Of a stretch of DNA of 64,000 nt, positions 40,701 to 48,303 are shown one piece after another. How positions within the stretch are numbered: the stretch's first letter is position 1; each line of letters begins with the position of its first letter. The stretch is taken from NCBI GenBank assembly GCA_049975265.1, contig JBNGDF010000006.1, forward strand, positions 65,160-129,159. The letters run 5' to 3'. The position numbers and the translations under genes are program-made. The notes beneath the pieces were generated by a model. The model was not told where the DNA came from and did no database searches. It saw only the letters and a program-made list of their open reading frames with translations. The stretch comes from Fidelibacterota bacterium (lineage in GTDB: Bacteria; Fidelibacterota; UBA2242).

Positions 40701-41870
40701 TCCTCTTGCTTCCTTCTCCCGCCAGCCGGTCAGGTTCTCAGCCACCGGATTCAGGTATTTTACCACACCATTTTTGTCTGTCACAATGACGGCGTCACCG
40801 ATGCTGTAGAGGGTGGTGCGAAATTGTTCTTCCATGGCATGCCGCTCTTTTTCATCGGCATAGAGGGCGCTAAACATATCGCGTTGACGACGATGATAGA
40901 TCAAGACAATGGTGGTGCTGACCACAATCAGAAGAAATAGTATCAGCAAAAGGAAATGACGCAAATTCCGGTAAAAATCGGCATAAATTTCCCTGCGATC
41001 GACCTTGGAAACCATAAACCAGTCGGTGCCCGGAACGGTTCCCAGATGTGTCAGCACCGGCACGCCACGGTAATCTTGATCTAAAAATATTCCGGCTTTC
41101 CCCAGCACAGCTTGGACTGCCGGGCTTTTTTGATCGGTTAATGGAAGGTGCCGGTTCAGAGCCGTATGGGGCTGATGACGCAGATTGTTCAGAAAAACCA
41201 GGCTGTCGCCTGCCACCGTTCGCCGTACCAGTAGGGTCTCGGCGGTCTTACTGGGCAGCGGCCAGCTCTCAATCAGGGGATACAAAAATTCTTCGGGCAG
41301 AGTGCGCAGAATCAGAGCCGCAACCGACTGACCGGCAGGATTCCTGATATCAGCAATAAAATCAAGATGAATGCGATCATGCATTTCACAGTAGTAAAAA
41401 TCGGTGAATGTGACTGCCTGGCTCTGCGATGCGGCGATAATCCGGGCGACCGTCATCGGCGCCAAACACTGATCCTGAGAGGTAAGCGCAAGTAGTATTT
41501 CGCCTTGGGGAGTTGTCAGTACAATATCGGCATAATCGTACTGCTCCCTGAAAACAGTCAGCCTGTCTACAATCCGGCGCTGTAAATGTGGATCGTCCCG
41601 AAATATTAGCCACTCGTTCACTGCCTCGGAAAACAGATGAGACCGGCTCAAAGCCATGGCGTCGCTCCTGCGTTCCTCGAGCCAATTGGCAATTTGTCCG
41701 GTCTTAAAATTAGCGATTGCTTTCAGCTCGTTGTGTCGGGCAATTCTAACCCGATCGACGGCTTGACGAAAAGTAATCCAGCCTCCGATTACTATAAGAA
41801 TACTTAATATGACAAAGAGGATCACAAAGGGTTTTTTCGAAATGAATTGTTTATACGGAAATTTCATCAC
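37761..41870 (-). CDS. Membrane hybrid sensor histidine kinase (periplasmic Cache-like domain, about 5 PAS domains, HisKA, HATPase, receiver)
   Basis: Two TMs; PAS units ending in DITE/DISE/DIAE; IAHDFNNIL, NLSVNARDAM, DTGVGM, GTGLGL; receiver IEDE...ISD...QKP. Confidence 0.95.
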   Translation of the reverse strand: MMKFPYKQFISKKPFVILFVILSILIVIGGWITFRQAVDRVRIARHNELKAIANFKTGQIANWLEERRSDAMALSRSHLFSEAVNEWLIFRDDPHLQRRIVDRLTVFREQYDYADIVLTTPQGEILLALTSQDQCLAPMTVARIIAASQSQAVTFTDFYYCEMHDRIHLDFIADIRNPAGQSVAALILRTLPEEFLYPLIESWPLPSKTAETLLVRRTVAGDSLVFLNNLRHQPHTALNRHLPLTDQKSPAVQAVLGKAGIFLDQDYRGVPVLTHLGTVPGTDWFMVSKVDRREIYADFYRNLRHFLLLILFLLIVVSTTIVLIYHRRQRDMFSALYADEKERHAMEEQFRTTLYSIGDAVIVTDKNGVVKYLNPVAENLTGWREKEARGKSVREIFKIINEESRQEVESPVQKVIREGSVQGLANHTLLLTRDGREIPIADSGAPIRTEDGEILGVVLVFRDQSAERAAQRALRASEEKFRTLIDQAAEMVFYHDLEGRIVEANQTVIRSLGYSKAELQALNIMDIDPSARERDDISNHWKVMKPEDPAITFEAVHRRKDGSIYPVEVTISKVILPEGEFILGMARDIAERRRAEAALKASEMRFRLLAETAPVGIVIADKDDKVVFVSKKFTDIFGYTIDDIPTIEEWYRCAYPDESVRDKIRMMWAAAVEKAKQTQTEIEPLEYAVVCKDGGIRQVEFRITATADLQFVLFTDITERKRIREALELAVQSAGVGLWEQDLRTGVIIRNEEWARMLGYELSEVAANIDFFFDAIHPDDLPRVKETIAAHENGQTDFLRVEQRMRTKSGAWKWILNMGRVVERDINGKPVRAAGVHLDITEHKQADEKIRESEERYRLLMDNSLDAVLLTIPDGRILSANRAACEMFQMSEAELCTAGKDGIVDLQDPRLPVLLEKRSRDGSAKGELTYIRKDGSKFEAEVSSSIFYNSKGEPRISMIIRDISERKQMEANLKASEEQLRQTQKMEALGRLASGIAHDFNNILSIVLGHATLLKMGQRTPEKIQHSIATIERASQRGADLVKRLLTLARKSEPEARPLKLSEIVADTVKLLQETFPKTIIFETDVDPRLPLIMADASQIQQVLMNLSVNARDAMPKGGTLSFYADREAGQRLRQRHPDAIAAEYVKLCIRDTGVGMDKTTTERIFEPFYTTKEQGQGTGLGLATVHGIIRNHNGFIEVESAPAAGATFRIYLPVPVTQDILDVAGAENDAEAPGMTGGNETILLIEDEESIIEMLTTVFGSQGYQVIVAKDGVSGIEKYSQAPSEIDLIISDMGLPRLTGDEVFYRIRKINPDARVIIASGFVDPGRKSELYKAGLARFIQKPYFPMDILKVVREILDESSDASKEKS

Positions 41871-42109
41871 AAATACTCTGGTTTCAACATGTGCCCACCT
41901 TGTTAAGAAACCATGGTTGTGTAGATATTGACATTATAATTGGATATTAAACCTTGCCACAAATAAATTTAATTTGATCCTATCAGAAATGCAATCGCTA
42001 TTTCATTGGGGTCCCGCCGTTATATTTTATGTCGGTTTTCGCTCAGGGTGTTACCCAACCATCCGCGGGCGATGGTGTTAAACTGTATGTTACTGACTAT
42101 CGAGGTGTT

Positions 42110-42402
42110 AGGGGTGTGGGCGCTACAGGATTTCCCGCAAATTGCGGGACTGAATCCCGCCCTGGGCGGGGATAACCCCGCCAGCGGCGGGGCGAACCTG
42201 TGACTGTTATACCATTTCAGCAGGTGATATCTGTATTTTTAATAAGGGGTGTGGGCGCTACAGGATTTCCCGCAAATTGCGGGACTGAATCCCGCCCTGG
42301 GCGGGGATAACCCCGCCAGCGGCGGGGCGAACCTGTGACTGTTATACCATTTCAGCAGGTGATATCTGTATTTTTAATAAGGGGTGTGGGCGCTACAGGA
42401 TT
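42110..42402. repeat. Tandem repeat with 135-bp period: two identical full units plus a partial third that runs into tRNA-Val
   Basis: Units 42111-42245 and 42246-42380 are identical by eye; GGGGTGTGGGCGCTACAGGATT recurs at 42111, 42246 and 42381. Confidence 0.95.
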
Positions 42403-42461
42403 CGAACCTGTGACCTCCTGCTTGTAAGGCAGGCGCTCTGAACCAGCTGAGCTAAGCGCCC
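42387..42461 (-). tRNA. tRNA-Val (anticodon TAC); CCA not encoded
   Basis: GGGCGCT TA GCTC AGCTGGTTCA GAGC G CCTGC CTTACAA GCAGG AGGTC ACAGG TTCGAAT CCTGT AGCGCCC A; all four stems pair. Confidence 0.97.
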
Positions 42462-42503
42462 GGGAATGAAGTGAACGATTCAGATTCACTCAAAAAGCCC
42501 GCA

Positions 42504-42531
42504 AATTTACACATACTCTCGAAAAAATCAA
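42504..42531 (-). promoter_or_regulatory. Putative sigma70-type promoter of tRNA-Val
   Basis: TTGATT-N16-TAAATT; the same two hexamers precede tRNA-Lys. Confidence 0.5.
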
Positions 42532-42536
42532 CGGAT

Positions 42537-44915
42537 TTATTTGCGTACCGCCAGTTCCAGGACCTCGGACATCTCCTTAACAAACTCGAATTTCATCTCT
42601 TTTTGGATCTGCTTGGGAATTTCCACCAGGTCCTTGCGATTATGACCCGGCAAAATGACCCGTCGCAATCCAGCCCGGTGCGCCGCCAAAACCTTCTCTT
42701 TAATACCACCGACCGGCAGTACAGCGCCGCGCAGGGTTATCTCGCCAGTCATCGCCAGTTTATCCTTGACCTTTCTCTTTTTCAACAGAGAAAAAATCGC
42801 CGTCAGGATCGTCACACCAGCCGAAGGTCCGTCTTTCGGAACAGCGCCGGCGGGCACATGAACATGAATATCGGTTTCACTGAATATTTTCTCGTTAATG
42901 TCCAACTCTTTGGCATTGGAGCGAATGTAACTGAGTGCCGCCTCGGCGGATTCTTTCATCACATCACCCAACTGCCCGGTCAAATGCAGATTGCCTTTGC
43001 CCTTCATGCCCGTCGCCTCAATAAAAAGAATATCGCCGCCGACAGCCGTCCAGGCGAGTCCGATTGCCACACCGGGTTTCGAAGCCCGCTCGGCTATATC
43101 GACGAAGAAGCGCTGCGGTCCCAGATATGTTTCCACCGCTTTCTCATTAACTACATATTCCTTTTTACGCTTGCGACCGGCGACATCCCGGGCGATTTTC
43201 CGGCAGATATTGGCAATTTCACGCTCCAGATTGCGGACACCGGCTTCCCGGGTATATTGGGCAATAATTTTCCGAATCCCGTCATCATTAAACTCGATTC
43301 TGGTCTTGCTCAAACCGTGCTCTTTGACCTGTTTCGGAATTAAAAATTTCTTGGCAATATTCAGTTTTTCCTCTTCGATATAGCCGGAAAATTCCAGCAT
43401 CTCCATCCGGTCGCGGAGCGCCGGCAAAATCGTGTCGTTCATATTGGCGGTTGCAATGAACATGACTTTGGAAAGATCATAGTTGACCTCCAGGTAGTGG
43501 TCGCTGAAACTGCTGTTCTGTTCGGGGTCCAGAACTTCCAGCAGCGCCGAAGAGGGATCACCCCGAAAATCGTTTCCCACCTTGTCAATTTCATCCAGCA
43601 TAAAAATGGGGTTGCTGGAACCGGATTTGCGGATGCTTTGAATGATCCTCCCCGGCAGAGCGCCGATGTAGGTACGGCGATGTCCACGTATTTCGGCTTC
43701 ATCCCGTACACCGCCTAGAGAAATCCGCACAAACTTCCGTCCCATCGCCCGGGCAATGGATTTCCCCATAGAGGTTTTACCGACACCCGGGGGCCCCACA
43801 AAGCAGAGAATCGGACCCTTCACAGCGTTCTCTTGATCCACCTGTTCTTTCAGTTTGCGGACCGCCAGATATTCAATCACCCGGTCTTTGACCTTGTCCA
43901 GTCCGTAGTGATCCTCATCAAGAATCTCCTTGGCTTTCCTGACATCCACATTATCCTTGGTATAGGTGTCCCAGGGTAGTTCCACCAGCCAGTCGAGATA
44001 GGTTCGTGATACCGTATACTCCGGCGATGCGGGTGGTATTTTTTGCAGTCTGTCCAGCTCCTTTTCCGCCACTTTACGAGCCTCTTCGGTCATGGGAGCT
44101 TTGGCGATTTTTTCCTCCAGCTCCTTAATTTCCATCGTCCCTTCGTCTTCGCCCAGCTCTTTTTTAATGGTCTTCAACTGTTCCCGTAAAAAGTACTCCC
44201 GCTGGGTTTTGGAAATCTCGTCCTGCACTTCCGACTGAATCATCTCGCCCAGCTCGATCCGCTGAATCTCCTTATTGATAATGACCGTTGAACGCTCCAG
44301 GCGCTTGCGGATATCCAGCTGTTCCAGAATCTCTTGCTTCTCGGCAACCGGTACATTGAGGAGTTGAACCGCCCGGTCTACCAGGCGTCCGGGATGCTGA
44401 ATATTGGAAAGTACGGTCGTATGCTCTTCCGTTAAATAGGGAGCGACCTTGATCAGTTTATTGTACAACTGCCGCAAATTTGCCACCAGGGCATCGATTT
44501 CAATATTAGGTTCATAGGACTCCTGCACTTTCAGCACGGCACCTTTAAAATAGGGTTCCTGCTGAATGAAGGACTGAATTTTGGCACGTTCCATGCCCTG
44601 CACAATGGCGCTCTTACTGCCATCGGGCATATTAAAAATTTTCAGTACCTGCGCGATCGTGCCCCATTCGTAAAGGTCCTCTTTATCCGGCATCTCAATC
44701 GAGCCGTCTTTTTGGGCTACCACAACGATCCGGCGTTTGGTTTCAAGCAGGTCTTCGATCAATTTCAGCGAGCGTTCGCGCCCGACGTAAATCGGGATTA
44801 CCTGCTGCGGGAACAGGACCGTGTTCCGCAATGCCATAATGGGGAGTATTTCCGGAACACCACCGACATATTCCGTGTGATCGTTGGTTTCGCTGTTTTC
44901 TATCTTGTCAGTCAT
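42537..44915 (-). CDS. lon: ATP-dependent protease Lon
   Basis: LRNTVLFP N-domain, GPPGVGKTS, LDEIDK, PKDGPSAG, VGGIKEK. Confidence 0.98.
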   Translation of the reverse strand: MTDKIENSETNDHTEYVGGVPEILPIMALRNTVLFPQQVIPIYVGRERSLKLIEDLLETKRRIVVVAQKDGSIEMPDKEDLYEWGTIAQVLKIFNMPDGSKSAIVQGMERAKIQSFIQQEPYFKGAVLKVQESYEPNIEIDALVANLRQLYNKLIKVAPYLTEEHTTVLSNIQHPGRLVDRAVQLLNVPVAEKQEILEQLDIRKRLERSTVIINKEIQRIELGEMIQSEVQDEISKTQREYFLREQLKTIKKELGEDEGTMEIKELEEKIAKAPMTEEARKVAEKELDRLQKIPPASPEYTVSRTYLDWLVELPWDTYTKDNVDVRKAKEILDEDHYGLDKVKDRVIEYLAVRKLKEQVDQENAVKGPILCFVGPPGVGKTSMGKSIARAMGRKFVRISLGGVRDEAEIRGHRRTYIGALPGRIIQSIRKSGSSNPIFMLDEIDKVGNDFRGDPSSALLEVLDPEQNSSFSDHYLEVNYDLSKVMFIATANMNDTILPALRDRMEMLEFSGYIEEEKLNIAKKFLIPKQVKEHGLSKTRIEFNDDGIRKIIAQYTREAGVRNLEREIANICRKIARDVAGRKRKKEYVVNEKAVETYLGPQRFFVDIAERASKPGVAIGLAWTAVGGDILFIEATGMKGKGNLHLTGQLGDVMKESAEAALSYIRSNAKELDINEKIFSETDIHVHVPAGAVPKDGPSAGVTILTAIFSLLKKRKVKDKLAMTGEITLRGAVLPVGGIKEKVLAAHRAGLRRVILPGHNRKDLVEIPKQIQKEMKFEFVKEMSEVLELAVRK

Positions 44916-44985
44916 TTTTACTCCTGATCGTTTTATACGATATCATTCACGCTTATTAATCGGTTGATAGGGTTATTAGTTCCGC

Positions 44986-45939
44986 TTATCCGGCGGCTCT
45001 GTCCATCTCTTTGAGAGTCCTGAGAAAGCGCAGGGTTACGTAAAAATCGCCCTCTTTGGATTTTCCGGCGACAGCCGGGAAAAGTCCATCCGCCAGCTGC
45101 TGCCCGATCATCCAGTTGAGCGCCTTTTTAAAATTCGGGTGCTGGTGCAGCTCGGCAAAGGGTGCCAGGGCTTCGATAAAGCGCAGCGTCCCACCCCGAA
45201 ACAGTCCATTATCGCTGTAATCGGTATACAGATGATTCCAGGCGTCGTCTTCCCGAAACAGCGTTGTATGACTTTTGGCTAAATAATTATCAAGGACAAA
45301 TGCCGCCGCTTTCTGACACACCTCGGAGCTGCGCAGGCGACTGTGTACACTGAAAGCCTGAAAGGCAAAAATCGTCGTCCAGATACCGCTTTTTGTGGTT
45401 TTTAAAGAGGAGCCGGTGGGCACCATGGAGGGTGACAACCAGCCACCATCGAACCGCTGGCGCTTCGCCAGCCAGCGGTAGCCCTTCTCCACAAAGGGGT
45501 TACCGATCATATCGTAGCGCGCCAGCAGCCAGAGCGCATAACCGTGATGGTGCAGTAGCAGCGGAAACTTGCCGTCGGGTTTTTGAGTCTTCAGCAACGC
45601 AATAATGCCACGCTGAATCGCCGGCATCTCCTTTGTGCAGCCGAAATCGTAGAGCTGCGTCATGTTTTTTAACTGCTGTAAAAACAGCATAGCCCGGTTC
45701 CGCTCCTCAATTTTGTAGCGCTTTGTCATTTTCCAGAGACCGTCTTCCAATTGACTGTCCAGCAACTGCTCCAACGGTTTATAACCGGTCAGCGCCTTTT
45801 TCAGGGTTTCCAGCAATTCCACATCGTGTGAATAAAACTGCTGCGCCGTGGCATACCGCACGGGCAGCGGTGCCTTTTTTAATAAGAGTGGAATTGGGTT
45901 AATTTTCAGTAAACGCAGCCAACTTTTTGATTTTGACAT
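44986..45939 (-). CDS. Prenyltransferase/squalene-cyclase-repeat (QW motif) alpha/alpha-barrel protein, function unknown
   Basis: QLEDGLW, QKPDGKF, QRFDGGW, QLADGLF repeats. Confidence 0.65.
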   Translation of the reverse strand: MSKSKSWLRLLKINPIPLLLKKAPLPVRYATAQQFYSHDVELLETLKKALTGYKPLEQLLDSQLEDGLWKMTKRYKIEERNRAMLFLQQLKNMTQLYDFGCTKEMPAIQRGIIALLKTQKPDGKFPLLLHHHGYALWLLARYDMIGNPFVEKGYRWLAKRQRFDGGWLSPSMVPTGSSLKTTKSGIWTTIFAFQAFSVHSRLRSSEVCQKAAAFVLDNYLAKSHTTLFREDDAWNHLYTDYSDNGLFRGGTLRFIEALAPFAELHQHPNFKKALNWMIGQQLADGLFPAVAGKSKEGDFYVTLRFLRTLKEMDRAAG

Positions 45940-46165
45940 TCTCGGCTCACTTCTGCTATGGTACCAAACGCCACCGGCTATACCGACGGCGTTGGTGGGT
46001 TATTGATTTATTAAAGGAAAAATAGTATGAGAACCCGGATGGGCAGGTGCAGTCAAATACTGGATCGCGACTAGTTTTTTTCAGAAATCCCATTATGAAA
46101 ACAAACAGTTAAAGCAACGCATAACCGGTCGGTAATATCCTTGGTTTGAGTACCAAATGCAAGAA

Positions 46166-46843
46166 TTATTTATTCTTTCTGAGCCGGAAATTGTCCTCAA
46201 CCAGCCTTTCTATTTCGGAGTAATTCTGTACGATGTAGTCGGCTGCGGTTAACTCTGCGGGGCGGGCAGAGCCGGCGAAACCGACAGCGATAGTCCCGGC
46301 TGCTTTTGCCGCCTGAAGCCCGGTCGCCGAATCTTCGATTACGAGTGTAGAGCCCGGATCGGTTGCCAACATCCGACAGATTTTCAGATAGGGATCGGGA
46401 AAGGGTTTTGAGCGAACCACATCGTCAGCGGTTACGATACGGGTAAAGTGATTTTCGATAATGGTATGTTCAAAAATCCAGTTCAGCATCGCCCGACCGC
46501 TGGAGGTTGCCAGTCCGGTGGACACCTTTTCTGCAATACGATGAAAAAAATCCAAAAAACCGGGCATGTAGTCCAGCGCCTCTGCAAACGCCCGCCGTAG
46601 CAGCTTCCGCCCCCTTTTCCGTAATTCTGTCTGCGGAATGGTAATATGATAGCGCTCGCTGATCAATTTCAGGTAGCTGTCCTCCGGCAGCCCCTTGGTA
46701 TCTCTGATGTCCTCCAGGTCCACATCGATACCATAATACGAAAACAGCTCCAGTTCCGCCTTTTCATAGAGCGGCTCACTATTGACCACTACCCCATCAA
46801 AATCAAAAACAACGGCGTTTATCACGGTCATCTTTTTAACCAA
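46166..46843 (-). CDS. HAD-superfamily phosphatase (beta-PGM/CbbY-like)
   Basis: FDFDGVV, TSS, KPFPD, IEDS. Confidence 0.9.
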   Translation of the reverse strand: MVKKMTVINAVVFDFDGVVVNSEPLYEKAELELFSYYGIDVDLEDIRDTKGLPEDSYLKLISERYHITIPQTELRKRGRKLLRRAFAEALDYMPGFLDFFHRIAEKVSTGLATSSGRAMLNWIFEHTIIENHFTRIVTADDVVRSKPFPDPYLKICRMLATDPGSTLVIEDSATGLQAAKAAGTIAVGFAGSARPAELTAADYIVQNYSEIERLVEDNFRLRKNK

Positions 46844-48266
46844 TAAATCCCAGTATCAGATAGAGAATCAGTGCCAGTCCGGCGGAGGAAAGCGCATAGG
46901 GCAGCTGGGTATTTACATGATCGATATGATCACAGGCGCACGCCATGGAGGCGATCAGCGTCGTATCCGAAATCGGTGAGCAGTGATCACCGAACACCCC
47001 TCCGCCCATTACCGCGCTGACCATCAGCGGCAGACTCAAATCAAGACTCAGCACCAACGGTACGGCAATGGGAATCATGATCGCAAAGGTACCCCAGGAA
47101 GTCCCTGTCGCAAACGAGATAAAGCAGGCAATCAGAAACACCAGCGGTATAATCAACGCCGGATGAATGGTGGCAGACGCAAGATTGGCGACATACGGAC
47201 CGGTACCTATGGTCTTGCAGGTGGCGCCCAGTGTAAAGGCAAATACCATCAGCAACCCCATGGGAATCAGCCCGCCCATTCCTTTCATCACCAGATCAAG
47301 AATCTCCTTCAGAGAAAAAATACCCTGCCCTTTATAGAGAATTGCAGCGACGGCAATGCCCATCAGGACCGCCCAGAACACCGCCGTAGAACCGGACCCC
47401 TGAGTGATATTTCCGCCGCCGGTCACGATCAATCCAAAGGGTACTGTCAGCACCATCGCCAGCAGCGGCACCAGCATATTCAGCGGGCGCGGTGTGACCC
47501 CATCTTTTACCGGCATGGCGATTGTCTCCTCCGAAACCAGCAGCTGTGCACCGTCCCGGATCACCTTGCCGGTCTCCCGCGCCCGTTTTTCAGCTTTTGC
47601 CATAGGTCCAAAGTCCCGGTTTGTCACAATGATAAACAGTACCAGCAGAATTGTGAAGATCGCATAAAAATTCGTCGGAACCGCCTTTAATACCGTAAAA
47701 AAGGGATTGTCAATCTGCTGAACCAGCAACAGCCCGGTTAATACGGCACCCCAGCCGTTGAATGGAATCATCACGCAGACCGGCGCCGAAGTGGAATGCG
47801 CCAGGTAGGCTAGTTTTTCCCGGGGAACCTTGAATTTATCAAACAGCGGTCGTCCGATGGAGCCGATGACCAGATTGATCATATTGCTTTCAATAAATAT
47901 CAGAATACCGATCAGCCAGAGCATAATGCCGGCACTGCGGCGGTTATTGACCAGCCCCTTATGGCTGACCCACTGAATAAAACCCTTAACACCGCCGGAA
48001 TGCTGCATCAAAATGATCAGCGCTCCCACCATCATGCTGAAAACAATTACCTTTGTATTACCGGAATCCTTAAAAGTATTCACCGTCGCCTCCAGCGCAT
48101 CCCGCAGTCCCAGCAGCGGATTCCAGCGGTTGATGGCTGTCCAGCCCAGCCAGATACCCAGAAAAATCGACGGATAAACCTGTTTGGTCCGAATGGCTAA
48201 TACAATTGCCAGAAGTGGCGGCAGCACCGAAATCCATCCATAACTCTCCATCATAACTGTTCCCAT
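46836..48266 (-). CDS. NhaC-family Na+/H+ antiporter or sodium:amino-acid transporter
   Basis: SVLPPLLAIVLA, FATGTSWGTFAIMIP, GGVFGDHCSPISDTT, HVNTQLPYA. Confidence 0.9.
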   Translation of the reverse strand: MGTVMMESYGWISVLPPLLAIVLAIRTKQVYPSIFLGIWLGWTAINRWNPLLGLRDALEATVNTFKDSGNTKVIVFSMMVGALIILMQHSGGVKGFIQWVSHKGLVNNRRSAGIMLWLIGILIFIESNMINLVIGSIGRPLFDKFKVPREKLAYLAHSTSAPVCVMIPFNGWGAVLTGLLLVQQIDNPFFTVLKAVPTNFYAIFTILLVLFIIVTNRDFGPMAKAEKRARETGKVIRDGAQLLVSEETIAMPVKDGVTPRPLNMLVPLLAMVLTVPFGLIVTGGGNITQGSGSTAVFWAVLMGIAVAAILYKGQGIFSLKEILDLVMKGMGGLIPMGLLMVFAFTLGATCKTIGTGPYVANLASATIHPALIIPLVFLIACFISFATGTSWGTFAIMIPIAVPLVLSLDLSLPLMVSAVMGGGVFGDHCSPISDTTLIASMACACDHIDHVNTQLPYALSSAGLALILYLILGFIG

Positions 48267-48303
48267 CTTTGCTTTTTCAATGGTTCGGAAAACCGAAGCC
48301 GAT

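Noticed and set aside
42006..42203. 65-aa ORF across the repeat
   Set aside because: TTG start, no recognisable protein features, and it overlaps tRNA-derived palindromic sequence.
42133..42327. Intron-containing or extra functional tRNA genes
   Set aside because: The copies lack the 5' half, D-arm and anticodon arm, and 60 nt is far too short for a self-splicing intron.
42110..42402. CRISPR array interpretation of the 135-bp repeats
   Set aside because: The intervening sequences are identical rather than unique spacers, the repeat derives from the tRNA, and no cas genes are present.
42471..43343. 290-aa plus-strand ORF
   Set aside because: Antisense shadow of lon, with no motifs.
45963..45996. 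Imperfect hairpin in the 45940-46165 intergenic region as a riboswitch or ncRNA
   Set aside because: No known RNA family motif recognised and no U-tract; an Rfam/Infernal scan would be needed.
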